From Torpedo marmorata (Eukaryota): a stretch of 64,000 bases of DNA. The stretch is taken from contig OZ360247.1 of the NCBI GenBank assembly GCA_977017645.1, positions 12,028,001 through 12,092,000 of the forward strand, given 5' to 3'. The notes beneath the pieces were generated by a model that was given only the letters and a program-made list of their open reading frames with translations, did not search any database and had not been told where the DNA came from. The position numbers and the translations under genes are program-made. How positions within the stretch are numbered: position 1 is the stretch's first letter; each line of letters opens with the position of its first letter. Positions 25,733-37,330 of the stretch are shown in pieces.

Positions 25733-25965
25733 GGCACAGTTAGTGTAGCGGTTAGCGCAACGCTATTACTGTGCCAGCAACCCGTGTTCGAATCCGGCGC
25801 TGTCTGTAAGGAGCTTGTACGTTCTCCCTGTGTCTGCATGGGTTTCCTCTGGGTGCTCCGGTTTCCTCCCACCCTTCAAAACGTACAAGGGTTGGAGGTT
25901 AATTGGTGGATTTGGGCAGCACAGGCCGTGGGCCGGAAGGGCCTGTTACCGTGCTGCAAGGCTAA
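25733..25965 (+). mobile_element. tRNA-derived SINE
   Basis: Same family as 4904-5147. Confidence 0.85.
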
Positions 25966-26619
25966 ATGTTTTTAAATATTCAAAAATTAAATTTTAAATT
26001 TTAAATCATTAGTTTATGTCAAATGCTCACCAGAAAATTGAAATATTTCTACCACAGTAAATTAATGCAATCCATCTCACTGATCCCAAGGCGCACGTAC
26101 TCCCACATTCTGACCTCTCTTTGCTACGTCAAGTTTCTGCCAAACCTTATTTTTATATAGTCGACACTCCCCACCTCCACTGTCTCCCAGGCAGTCTGCC
26201 CTGTACCTGCATCGCCCTGTGTGACTGTCAGCCGTGGCTCCGTATAAAGCCCTACAGCCTCTTGAGTCAGAAGGCTGTGGGGGTCATCACATTCCCGTGA
26301 ACTTCAGCCAGACACTGCAAGCTGCAGGGACACAGGCTTTCTCTTATCTGCAAACCCACAGCCAACCTCAAGTAGTCTTTGCAGACCACCTACAACAAAC
26401 CCGTGCTCCACCAGTGGAGAGCGGCGGGGGGGGGGGGGGGGAGGGGGCTCTAGCGAGCTCGAGGCCCAACCGAGACTACCGGCGGGGTTTTTGTTTTGGT
26501 GGGAAAAACTTCTGGAGAATTTTTATTATTTGCTCATCAAATTTACAACCTTGCTTTACGTGTTACTTTGGAGTTCAACAAGAAAGTCTGCAGAGGCTGT
26601 GATTGTAGTTTGCACAAAA

Positions 26620-26900
26620 ATGTGGAGAAACTCAGCAAGTCACGCAGCTTTCTTTATATAGCAAAGATAAAGATACATGGCCAAGGTTTCGGGCCTGAGC
26701 CCTTCATCAAGGTATGAGCAAAAAGCAGGCAAGAGCCTAAATAAAATGGTGGGGTAGGGGGAGGAGCACAGGCCCACTGGCAAGACTCGTGCCCTCCCAC
26801 CCATATCCAACCTCTTGCCTTTGAGCCAGTGCTCCCCTGCCCCTTCCCCAACCATTTTATTCAGGCACCTGCCTGCATTTTGCTCATACCTTGATGAAGA
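26620..26900. mobile_element. Penelope-derived inverted pLTR pair
   Basis: Reverse complement of the 41100-41215 pLTR followed by a forward partial copy (ttgctcataccttgatgaag). Confidence 0.7.
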
Positions 26901-27234
26901 GTGCAGGGGTGGAGAAAATGGCTGCCCACATTTCAGGCCATATCTGGTGATGCTTTTCCAGAGAGTGAGTGAGTGTGTGTGAGAGAGAGAGAGAGAGCAA
27001 CAGACAAAAAAGGAGAAAAAGGAATTAAGATACTTTGATGAATGGATTATTTCACGTCAATTCTAAGGAATTCTCTGCTTGCTATTCATCATCGGGAGCA
27101 GGGAGATCTGTTTCTGCATTCCTAACAAAATTCCTGTTGTATTAAATGTTGCATTCCACTCAACACCAAATTCCTTGCCTTTTTAGAGAGTAGTACATCG
27201 GTGGACTTGCAGAGCAAAGCCACCAGTCAGATAA

Positions 27235-27800
27235 CACTGGGCAACAATTTTTTTTCAAAAGGTTTGCTTCCTGAAAAAAAAAATGGGGGATTATGATAGA
27301 CAACTTCAAGCTGAACACAAAGATAATTTTAGGTTTGCTGTATCTGGTAGGAAGTTGGAGAAACATTAAATTAACTTTTATTGAATTTAGCATGTTTAAT
27401 CGCATAATGATGCTGACACATTGCGTTAGTTCAACTGACCTAAAAATGTTGCCGCTGATTTTCGTTTGTACTCAGCATCTGATGCCTCTCGTGTCAGTGT
27501 CCAACAATAGTCGGCCAGCATTGATGGATTCCAGTTGCCCTGATACCGCTTTTCCATGGTCGCAATGTCCCGGTGAAACCTTTCACCATGTTCGTCACTG
27601 ACTGCACCAAGATCAGCAGGGAAGAAGTCCAAGTGCGAATGCAGAAAATGAATTTTCAATGACGTTGCACTTCATGGTTTTGTATGCTTGAAGTAGACTT
27701 AAAATATGGCAGGAAATAACAAAAATAGGTTATATCTAAAAAAAGAAACCTTACACGATAGGAAAATTTTAAGGTGATTTTCATGATCAGCAACCCAATC
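27235..27800 (-). mobile_element. Chapaev3-type element, copy 2 (one end lost)
   Basis: Same transposase fragment (27426-27659) and a CACTGGGCAAC terminus. Confidence 0.8.
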
Positions 27801-27939
27801 CCCAAGAAGTTCGGATTTTAGGACTTTTACTGCACATTGTTACATTCATTTTCTATTTAGCAGCATTGCCACCACTGTGGCACCCTGTCGATACTCCCAG
27901 CTCTGCCCCTCAAAGCCCGGTAACAGAAGGACTCTAGAC

Positions 27940-28188
27940 CAGCCGTTCTCAACCTTTTTTTGGCTATGGCCCCCTGAGGAGTCTGCTCAAAGTTTATGGG
28001 CCCCCTTCCCTGTGAAGCAGTCAGGTTTTGGTTTCTTCCGTACCTCTCTCCAACTGACTGCGTAAGAAACGTAAAAAATATTTATGTTGCGTGGGGTGAA
28101 AAGAAAACAAGGATCTTACTTAAATGTACTGTGCCCCCCCCCCCATCCCCGGGGGGGGGGTCCATTGGGCCCCCATTGAGAATGGCTG
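27940..28188. mobile_element. hAT (Charlie-like) MITE
   Basis: TIRs cagccgttctcaa...ttgagaatggctg with a degenerate 8-bp TSD ctctagac/ttctacac. Confidence 0.7.
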
Positions 28189-28429
28189 TTCTACACTGTG
28201 GTCCTTCCCCACAGCCTCAGTGCCTCAGCACGTACTCCTGCAGCCTGGAATGTGCCAGTGCTGCACTGACAGGCGAATTGTCACTCAGATAAATCAATAC
28301 CACCCTACTTGAGGCTTACTAGATCAAGTGATGATATTTCAAAGTGGAGCAAATGGCTCCTCCCCCAACTCCCACCAAATATTCACCCATGAAACAATAT
28401 CTCGAAGATAATTCTGTTGTCATTAGCTT

Positions 28430-28563
28430 TCTGCATGCAAGTCAGAGGCTGAGTTAACTGCATCACAACAATGATGACACTCCCAATCATTTCATTGGCT
28501 GTAAAGCAGTTTGAAACCTCTGGCAAAATAAGTGGAAGGCACTATAGAAATGCAACTCTTTAT
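28430..28563 (+). mobile_element. Deu-SINE (SacSINE1/AmnSINE-like) 3' tail remnant
   Basis: ttcattggctgtaaagc...aaggcactatagaaatgcaa matches the recalled consensus tail. Confidence 0.6.
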
Positions 28564-28743
28564 TGTTTGTGCTGAAAGCAGGCGAGCTGCAGTCAGATAA
28601 TCAAAACGCGCCCAAGGCGGAGCTTTGTTCGATTAGATCGAAACTGGAAACGCTGGCAGATTTTCTCCTTACCCTGGACAATGTTACACCTTTCATCCTG
28701 ACTAATGACTGTGCTCGAGGTAAACTAACAGTCCTTCGCTCAC

Positions 28744-28813
28744 CTGGTCTATCTGCCAACACATTGAATAAGCCTGCCAATATACATGTAGACAGCAACC
28801 TTCCCCTCTCTCT
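28744..28813 (-). CDS. Candidate exon of nested transcript (RERGRLLSTCILAGLFNVLADRP), signal-peptide-like
   Basis: Strong donor CAG|gtgagc, weak acceptor gctacag, phase 0/1. Confidence 0.3.
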
Positions 28814-29314
28814 CTGTAGCATCCATACATTTCACAACATAACTAGATCTGGCTTACTGCATCATACAGAGCACTGGAATTGCTTTGGTTGCCATAGGGA
28901 TCTCTCCCACAGGCTGTGATTTTTATAAATAGAAATCATTGTGCACTTAGTTTACTGACCTTGGGTATTTTCCAGAGGGAAGCGATCAAGCCTTCTGACC
29001 TGTATTCCATCAGATATTGTGTTTCCATTACCTCCACCCAGAGTTTCCTCCGGTTCACCTCGCCTCCCCTTTTGTTTACCATCCATCAACAATCCACTGC
29101 CCGCGTTTCAGCATTCTAAACGCACACCTCGACACTGCAAGGTGGTTAGGGTCCAACTCCCCATTGCCAAGGACACCACATCAGTTATGTTCCTCGGGCA
29201 ATTCTGATGCCTAGTCCGTTAAGTTGCCAGCACCGTGACTGACATTCTTCCCTCAACTTAGATGCAGAACAAGCCAAAGTTCTTTTCATTGGATACAATC
29301 CCAAAGGATGAATT

Positions 29315-30063
29315 GAGGTCATCAAGAGTACCAAGCTTCTTGGTGTGCACTTGGCGGAGAATCTCACCTAGTCCCTCAACACCATACTTTGATGAAGGGC
29401 TCAAGCCCGAAACGTCGGTTATGTATTTCTACCTTTGCTACATAAAAGACACTGTTTGACCTGCTGAGTTTCTCCAGCATTTGTGTTTTTTTACTTTTTT
29501 TTTCCCTCAACACCAGCTCCATAGGCAAGAAAGCCCAGCAGCGCCTCTACTTCCTGCGAAGGCTGAGGAAAGTTCATCTCCCACCCTCTACAGAGGATGT
29601 ATTGAGAGAATTCTGAGCAATTGCATCACCGCTTGGTTTGGAAACTGTACCATCTCGGACTATAAGACCCTGCAGAGGATAGTGGGGTCAGCGGAGAAAA
29701 TTATTGGGGTCTCTCTTCCCACCATGACGGACATCTACAACACACGATGCATGCGGAAGGCAAATAACATTGTGAAGGACTTCTCTCACCCCTCTTGTAA
29801 ACTTTTCTCCCTTCTGCCATCTGGAAGGAGGTACCGAAGCACTCGGGCCCACACGTCCAGATTGTGCAATAGCTTTTTCCCCCAAGCCATCAGGCTCCTC
29901 AATTTTTAGATATATATGTGTATTAACATGTTATAGTTTTTTTATTGTATTATGCTATTTATGTAAATTTGCTCATGGTCCTGGAGAAACGCTATCTCGT
30001 CTTTACTGTGTATATGGTAATGAACGACAAATAAAGGTGACTTGACTTGACTTGACTTGACTT
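29315..30063 (+). mobile_element. Rex1/Babar LINE fragment with (GACTT)n tail
   Basis: YRGCIERILSNCITAWFGN...SFFPQAIRLLN. Interrupted by the 29385-29502 insert. Confidence 0.85.
29385..29502 (+). mobile_element. Penelope pLTR mini-insert with hammerhead motif
   Basis: Near-identical to 41121-41230. Flanked by the 13-bp duplication tccctcaacacca (29372-29384 and 29503-29515). Confidence 0.8.
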
Positions 30064-30065
30064 GC

Positions 30066-30780
30066 GTAGCTGAGGGGGCAACACTGGTGTGGAGGCTGAG
30101 GAACCCACTGGAAAAAACAAAGGGTTTGTTGGATGCCCTGCAATTTGGAGATACTTTCTCCAAAAGAGCATGGAGCTGGTCTGAGTCCAAGATGGCGGCG
30201 CCTGTGTTCGGCAGCGGTCTCGAGGGGTTGCAGACTCCAGGTGAGAAGCAGACTGGTGCAGGGCACCAGTAACGGAAACACCTCCCCCCCCACCGTTGAG
30301 AAGGAGAAGCCGAGGAGACGAACTCAAGGACGGTGACCACGGTGGTGGGCCAGCAAGGGGTTCTGCAGGTAAAGGGCACACACAGGCTGCGGGCAACTTG
30401 AGGTCAAAGGACACATGTCAGCTGCTGGAGACTGGCTCATGAGAACCAGGTATCGGAACCGGGATTCAAGAGGGTGCAGAGGGCTCTCGAAGGGCCCTGG
30501 GCGCTGAAGGCTTCCTCATTGTGTCAGAGGTTTGGATCTGGGCTCGGGTTGTCGATGGTTTGAACTGAACTGGAGTCTTGTGTGGCTGCAGAGGCCACGG
30601 GAGTGCTGGAGGCAAATCCACGGACACTGAGCGACTCTTGGAGGACTCTCTTTTGCTTTTCTTTCTCTGACTGTAAGGGGCGCTGGGCAAAGCTGATGGC
30701 GAATCTTTATCTGCCTCATGGCACACTGAAGGCAATTTCGTGTAATATTACATTTCTGTTTTATTACACAACAATAAATA
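30066..30780 (+). repeat. GC-rich non-autonomous retroposon
   Basis: caagatggcggcg, accaggtatcggaaccgggat, ggactctcttttgct core and LINE-like tail shared with 35385-36140. Confidence 0.7.
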
Positions 30781-31121
30781 GTACGTGATCTGATCAAAGA
30801 CCAGATGTAGACTATGGTCAGTTGGCTGTTGACCAGAAAACAGTGGCCAACAAAAGCATGGGATTTGAGAACTGATTCTTTGTATCCGATTGTAACTCAC
30901 AATGGAATATTGCTTATAGATGAGTTGTCTCATAAAGGGATACAATATAAAGAAAACTAAGCCATTGTAATTTAAAAAAATAAAATGTTAACAGAGGCAT
31001 TAATTCTATTGCCAACGTCTGCACACGCTTCAGTGACTGGTCTCAGAAGTTCCATCTGTTGTCTAACAAGAGTGTTCGTTCCCTACAGTCAAGTCTCTGT
31101 GCACTTTTTGCATACCAATAA

Positions 31122-31733
31122 CACTGGACAACAATTTTTTTTCAAAAGGTTTGCTTCCTGAAAAATAAATGGGGATTATGATGGACAATTTCAAGATGAA
31201 CACAAAGATAATTTCAGATTTGCTGTATCACGTAGGAAGTTGGAGAAACATTAAATCAACTTTTGTTGAATTTAGCATGTTTAATCTCAATGATGCTGAC
31301 ACATTGCATTAGTTCACCTGACTTAAAAATGTTTTGCCACTGATTTTCGTTTGTACTCAGCATCTGATGCCCCTCGTGTCAGTGTCCAACAATAGTCGGC
31401 CAGCATTGATGGATTCCAGTTGCCCTGATGCCGCTTTTCCATGGTCGCAATGTCCCGGTGAAACCTTTCACCATGTTCGTCACTGACTTCACCAAGATCA
31501 GCAGGGAAGAAGTCCAAGTGCGAATGCAGAAAATGAATTTTTAAATGACGTTGTACTTCATGGTTTTGTATGCTTGAAGTAGACTTAAAATATGACAGGA
31601 AATTACAAAAATGGATTATATCTAAACAACGGTACGTGATAGGAATTTTTAAGGTAATTTTCATGATCAGCAGCCCAAAATCCATAAAATACACCCAAAA
31701 GTGTTCTGGAAGCAAAATCTTCACTGTCCAGTG
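31122..31733 (-). mobile_element. Chapaev3-type element, copy 3, both ends present
   Basis: CACTGGACA...TGTCCAGTG termini, TAA target duplication, same transposase fragment. Confidence 0.82.
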
Positions 31734-32006
31734 TAATCTGCTGAATTAACTGCAGAGAAATATCCCAACAATGGCAAGTCAGCATCATGTGCAAATACTC
31801 AGAAAATGCACGTGCCCAACCTATCAAGAGCAGGAATATAATCAAGTTATTTTTTTTCCTCCAGGTATGTAGAGGTCCTGAAACAACAGTTTGAAGACTG
31901 CATTTAGTAGGGTGGGGTCAGAGCTACTAGTAAGAGTGCAACCCAATCTCTCAGTCATTACAACCTGAGCAAAATTTCGCCCCAGGGACTTACAGTTTAT
32001 CCTTAC

Positions 32007-32063
32007 CCTTTCCATCACAATTTCAGCCCCACAAGATTCTGAATGTTTCAGCAAGAACAAGAA
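32007..32063 (-). CDS. Candidate exon of nested transcript (FLFLLKHSESCGAEIV-MER), possible start ATG
   Basis: Good acceptor ttctgcttttag and donor AGG|gtaagg. gtgATGG Kozak context. No homology recognised. Confidence 0.35.
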
Positions 32064-32998
32064 CTAAAAGCAGAAATTTAATCTTAGTGGAATCTGTACA
32101 AAAAGCTGTGGGAAATGAAAAGTTGAGTCCAGCCTTAATACGTGTGAATAAATCAGGAAGCTGCTTTGCTCTCCAGCTATGTAAATATTTAAATACGGCA
32201 TTTCATTCCTTAAAAACTTAAGTTGAGGGATGCAATGGCCCAGAGTTACTGACATTCCTCCCACACTAAGACTCCTCAAACTGTACAGTAAACGACCTGC
32301 CTTGCACCGTTCAGAGACAGAGCTGGGTCCTTGGGATCCAATGGAGTTTAGTGCAGGAGGACGAGATGAATTTTCCTCCCACACTGTGCTATTTCTCATC
32401 AGGGATTCTGCTGTAAAACCAGAGGCTTTGTGACAGAACCGTGCATCTGCTAGCTCCATCAACTCAGACACAGCGGGAGGGCTGGAGACCTGTTAAATGT
32501 GCGCGTCTACTGTACATTTTTGTGAAGGATTTTTTTATATATCTGTTCCAACCCCTCTCCACTTGAGCTTCAACCCATCCACTACCACAGCACACAACTT
32601 TATTTTCAACAACTTATTTCAAGCCGTTTTTGCTCCGTCCACCATCTGAAGCAACACGACACATTGCCCGGCGCTCAGGGTCCTTTCCACCATCACCCTA
32701 CGTACACTGGCCTGAACTAACTCTCAGTCCAACGAGTCCATTCTAAACTTTCAACTATGTACCAACACAATCTCACGCTACATTAACTCCGATGGTCATC
32801 AGTTCTGAGCCTTTCCAGGAATTACAGATTTCTCAACTTTAACCTCAAGAAGTCTCTCTCATTTCCTTCATTCAAACACTGGCATACTTTTCATACCTTA
32901 CCTTGAACTTGGAATTATAGTCTCTCCAACCCCTTACTCCTTTCAGTTGCTCATTTCTGGATCAAATATCTGAACGTCACCTTCTGGAGTTTAAATTT

Positions 32999-33218
32999 AA
33001 ATATACAACACACTAACAGGCCCTTTCGGCCTACGAGCCTGTGCCGCCCAATTAACCTACAACCCCGGTATGTTTTGAAGGGTGGGAGGAAACCAGAGCA
33101 CTCGGAGGAAACCCACGTGGACACGGGGAGAACGTACAAACTCCTTACAGACAGCGCGGGATTCGAACCCCTGTCACTGGCGATGTAACTGTGTTGTGCT
33201 CACCACAATGCTAAATGC
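32999..33218 (-). mobile_element. tRNA-derived SINE
   Basis: Same family as 4904-5147. Confidence 0.85.
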
Positions 33219-33327
33219 CAATCTATCTCACTAATCATTCTAGAACAAACTTAAAAACTGGATTACACCTATTTCTAGATATTTTTGGAAGAAAGAAAAA
33301 GGAGGATTGGACGTCCCTGGATTAGAG

Positions 33328-34083
33328 CAGGGTTTCCTAAACAGGGTTCCGCGGAAGAAGTGACAGGGAGTAACAACGATCAATGGTTTCATAAACAGGG
33401 TTCCGCGGAAGAAATGACAGGGAGTAATAACGATCAATCTGTTTTTCTTTAAATTACTTTTTACCTCTGTCTTTAATTCAATTTGTTTCCGGGGGGAAGA
33501 CAAGATGGCGGCCGCGGGGGGGGGAGAAGGGGAGACGCGCGCGACCCTCCGCTGACGCTCACCTCGGCTGCTCATTTGCATAATACCCGCCCCTTCCCCC
33601 CCCACCGCTCCAATCGGTGCCCGGGCTCGGCCTGTCCGTCAAAGGGTCCGGCGGCAGGGTTCCGGACCAATTAGCAGGCGGAATGATAGGGGGGGGGGGA
33701 TTGTGACATCTCTTCTCTCCGCCCGCGCAGCCAATCACCGGGCCGCGGCCCCATTGTGACGTCGGTGGGAGGACAGACTCCCACCCACCTCGCCTGTCAA
33801 TCAACGGCCGGCGATTCTGGCGTGGCGGAGGAGGTGACGTCAGCAGTGGAATGGTCTTCTCTTGTCAGTCGCCGCCCGGACCAACTGCCGAGAGGACACC
33901 CCCCCCATTGTGACGTCGGAGGGCAACAAATGATTTCAACGTGGAGAATGGTGAGCTTATTTACTTTCTTACTCTGCTTGTGCATATACCAGGTCTTTTA
34001 AACTGTAATTGACGATTGAGGTTCCACGATTTCCAAGTGCTCCCCAAAAGGGTTCCGTGAGCTAAAATGTTTGGGAAGCCCTG
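33328..34083. mobile_element. Non-autonomous hAT element carrying a CpG-island promoter-like cargo
   Basis: TIRs CAGGGTTTCCTAAACA / TGTTTGGGAAGCCCTG (14 of 16 match), perfect 8-bp TSD GATTAGAG (33320-33327 and 34084-34091), subterminal gggttccg motifs. Confidence 0.88.
33488..33925 (-). promoter_or_regulatory. CpG-island-like promoter cluster with 5' splice donor
   Basis: YY1-like CAAGATGGCGGC at 33501, GAG|gtgagc donor at 33563, octamer ATTTGCAT at 33574, GC boxes, several CCAAT boxes, three TGACGTC CRE-like sites, high CpG density. Confidence 0.7.
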
Positions 34084-34909
34084 GATTAGAGGATTATGTG
34101 CACATTGGTTCAACTTAAACAGCAGTATGTTCATCAAATAAAATTCGGCTTAGTGACAATTAGTTCATTTTTCAAAACACCATTGAAAGATTTTTTAAAT
34201 CATTTTTTCCATATTTTACCAAACTTTATTTGACACAATGAAACTGTAAAACCCGTCAGTCCAATATCATTGGAATAGGACTTCAAAACACTGATTTTTT
34301 TTTTTCCCTTTGTGCTCTCAAGATTACAAGGGACAAGGAATACATACAATAAACCGGAGAAAAGGGTCTGCATTATCGTGGTTCTTCCCAATAATGGGGA
34401 GGGATGGAGGGGAAGCGACTTGCACACCGGTGCAAATTGTGCTGTACCCGTTGTACTGTGTCAGTGTAAGTTGGCAACAGAACCAATTGTGACAGATTGT
34501 AGGTTGGCAACTGAACCAATTATAGCATTTATGAAATGCGCCTGATTTCCCTCCGCTGAACAATGTGCAAAGAGCAACAAGTGACTTATTAATCCTTTCA
34601 CCACTTCTTATTTTCCTAGTCCAGCTTTTCACCCAGCCCCCTCCCGCCAGTGGTCTCCTCCCCTGCCTGATGCCCAAGTCCACCTCTCCCACCTTCAGTT
34701 GACTAGTATCCTATTAACTCGGCCCCTTCCCAGTCCTTCCCTCTCCCTACTCCTTTCCACACTTGCTATCTCTCCTTACCACCTTGGTCTCAAAAAGGAG
34801 CCAAGACCCAAAACATTGATTGTCCATTTCTCTCCATGGATGTGTCCTGACCTAATGAGCACCTCCAGCTTCTCATTGCTTGCTCGACGTAGTAATTTAA
34901 TTTATTTAA

Positions 34910-35147
34910 TTTAGAGATACAGCACGGTAACAGGCCCTTCCGGCCCAGGAGTCCGTGCCGCCCACACACACACCCATGTGACCAATTAACCTACTAACCC
35001 CGTATATTTGGAAGGGTGGGAGGAAAGCAGAGCACCCAGAGGAAATCCAGACAGACGTGGGGAGAACGTAAGAGCTCCTTACAGACAGCGCCCGATTCTA
35101 ACCCGGGTCGCTGCCACTGTAATAGTGTTGCGCTAACCATGACGCCC
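34910..35147 (-). mobile_element. tRNA-derived SINE
   Basis: Same family as 4904-5147. Confidence 0.85.
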
Positions 35148-35384
35148 ATATTAATCGGTTTAATGTGATACAGGGCAGATTACAGACATGATCAGAACAG
35201 AATTAGAAAAGGTACAAGGAAAAATGAAAGCAAGACCTTTGTGGTTGGATATTGACAATATTGTACTAATGGTTAATTATTGACAGAGCTTCTGACTGCT
35301 TGCCATCAGATTCCTGAATGGACAATGAACCACAGTCACTGCCTTACTTTATCTTTTTGTGCACTATTCTTATTTATTTTGTAA

Positions 35385-36140
35385 GGAGCGGAGATACAGT
35401 GCTCCCGCGGGGTCCAGCTGCCCAGTCGACTGCCGTCGGTTCCGCACGGGCTTTGAGGGAGCCGACGGTGGTTTTATTTACGATCCCGCGACCGCGGGGT
35501 CTTCGCCCAAGATGGCAGCGCCTTTTAACCGGCAGCAGCCACGAGGGGCTGCAGAGTCCGGGGAAGCGGAGGACTGGAGCAGGGCACCAGAGGACGGGAA
35601 GATCACCCCCCCCCGTCTGAAAAGGAGAAGCGGAGGGGACGACCCACGGGATGGTGACCACGGCGGCGGACCGGTGAGGGGCTCTGAGGCTGAAGGACCA
35701 GTGCATGCGGCGGGCTGCTGGCGACTCGAGGCGAGGAACCCGCGGAGGCTGTGGGCTGCTGTCGGGGGACTCACCCCGGGCTGCGGACTGCCGGAGGCTG
35801 GCTCGAACTGGCTGGAGGAGTACCAGGTATCGGAACCGGGATGCGAGGGCGTGCCGAGGGCGCCCTGACCGTGTTGGAGGTTCGGATCTGGAGCTCGGAT
35901 TGCCATGGTTTGGACTGGACTCTGTGTGGCTGCAGAAGCGATGGAGGCGAATTTACGGACACTCGGTGGCTCTGGGGGGACTCTCTTTTGCTTCTCTTTC
36001 TCTGACTGTAAGGAATGTTAGAGGCGCTTAGGCAATTTCTGCCGGTGGCGAATCTGTCTGCCTTGCAGCAGGCAAAAAGAAATTTCATGGAATATGACAC
36101 TGTCTTATTACTATGACAATAAATTGAATCTTGAATCTTG
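35385..36140 (+). repeat. GC-rich non-autonomous retroposon, most CpG-rich copy
   Basis: Shares core with the 30066 and 6430 copies. Ends aataaattgaatcttgaatcttg. Sits inside a Rex-type tail. Confidence 0.7.
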
Positions 36141-36710
36141 AATAAATGTTTGCACTGTGATGCTGCCGCAAAACAACGAATTCCGGTGACACGTTCATGG
36201 CAATAAATTCTGATTCTGATACATCTAAACCAAGTGGATGTGCTGATCAGATAAATGGATGAGCATCTCCAAGACTCAGACTTGTGCATTGCTTTTCAGA
36301 CAATTCAACTGGATTCACACAAGCAGATCTGACCTGGATGTGCGCCCCCTTTATCTCTTTCATGGGCACGTGGAGGAAACAAGCGAGTAGGAGTCTTGAA
36401 AAATCCACCGTGTGTATTTGTTCCCTCCCCACTTTCTACCAAGGACATACCACTGCCAACGATCAGTGTAGGCGCACAAAGCAATGGGCCAGCAGGAGCA
36501 GGATAGCGGGGGCGAGACTTGACGGGGTGCTCCTGGAACCAGAGGTGCGTCGATCAGCCTGTGCTTCTGGCAACTGGGCAGATCAGCCATAGAAGTACAC
36601 TGCCCCTCACTCAACCTGTGCTGGTAAACCTTACATTAGTAACTCAAGCAGCAACCTGGACCCAATTGCTGGGCAATTTGCGTGGGTTAATATTAATAAC
36701 ATAGCAACAT

Positions 36711-37330
36711 AACGTAAGAAATAGGAGCTGGAGTAGGCCATCCAGCCCGTCAAGCCTGCTCTGCCATTCAATGAGATCATGGCTGATCTGACCCACCTAC
36801 CTGCCTTTTCCCCATATCCCTTAATTCCCCTACTATGTAAAAAATCTATCCAACCTTGTCTTAAATATATTTGCTTCAATGGGCAGTGAATTCCATAGAT
36901 TCACCAACCTCTGGGAAAAGCAGTTCCCCCTCACCTCCATCCTAAATCTACTACCCTGAATCTTGAGGCTACGTCCCCCAGTTCTAGTCTCCCCCACCAA
37001 TAGAAACAACTTAGCTACCTCTATCTTTCATAATTTTATACATTTCTGTAGGATCCCCTCTCATTCTTCTAAATTCCAGCGAGTACAGTCCCAGGCGACT
37101 CAATCTCTCCTCATAGGCTAACCCCCTCATCTCTAGAATCAACCTGGTGAACCTCCTCTGCACCACCTCCAAAGCCAGTACATCCTTCCTCAAGTAAGGA
37201 GACCAGAACTGCACGCAGTACTCCAGATGCGGCCTCACCAGTACCTTGCATAACCTTCCTGCTCTTAAATTCCATCCCTCTAGCAATGAAGGCCAACATT
37301 CCATTTGCCTTCTTGATAGCCTGCTGCAGC
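36711..37330 (-). mobile_element. CR1 LINE 3' fragment
   Basis: LVRPHLEYCVQFWSPYLRKDVLALEVVQRRFTRLI...GLYSLEFRRMRGD. Confidence 0.9.

Noticed and set aside
35318-36289. Overlapping GC-rich ORFs or a host CpG island
   Set aside because: Belongs to a dispersed repeat family with four copies in the window. The ORFs are by-products of GC content.
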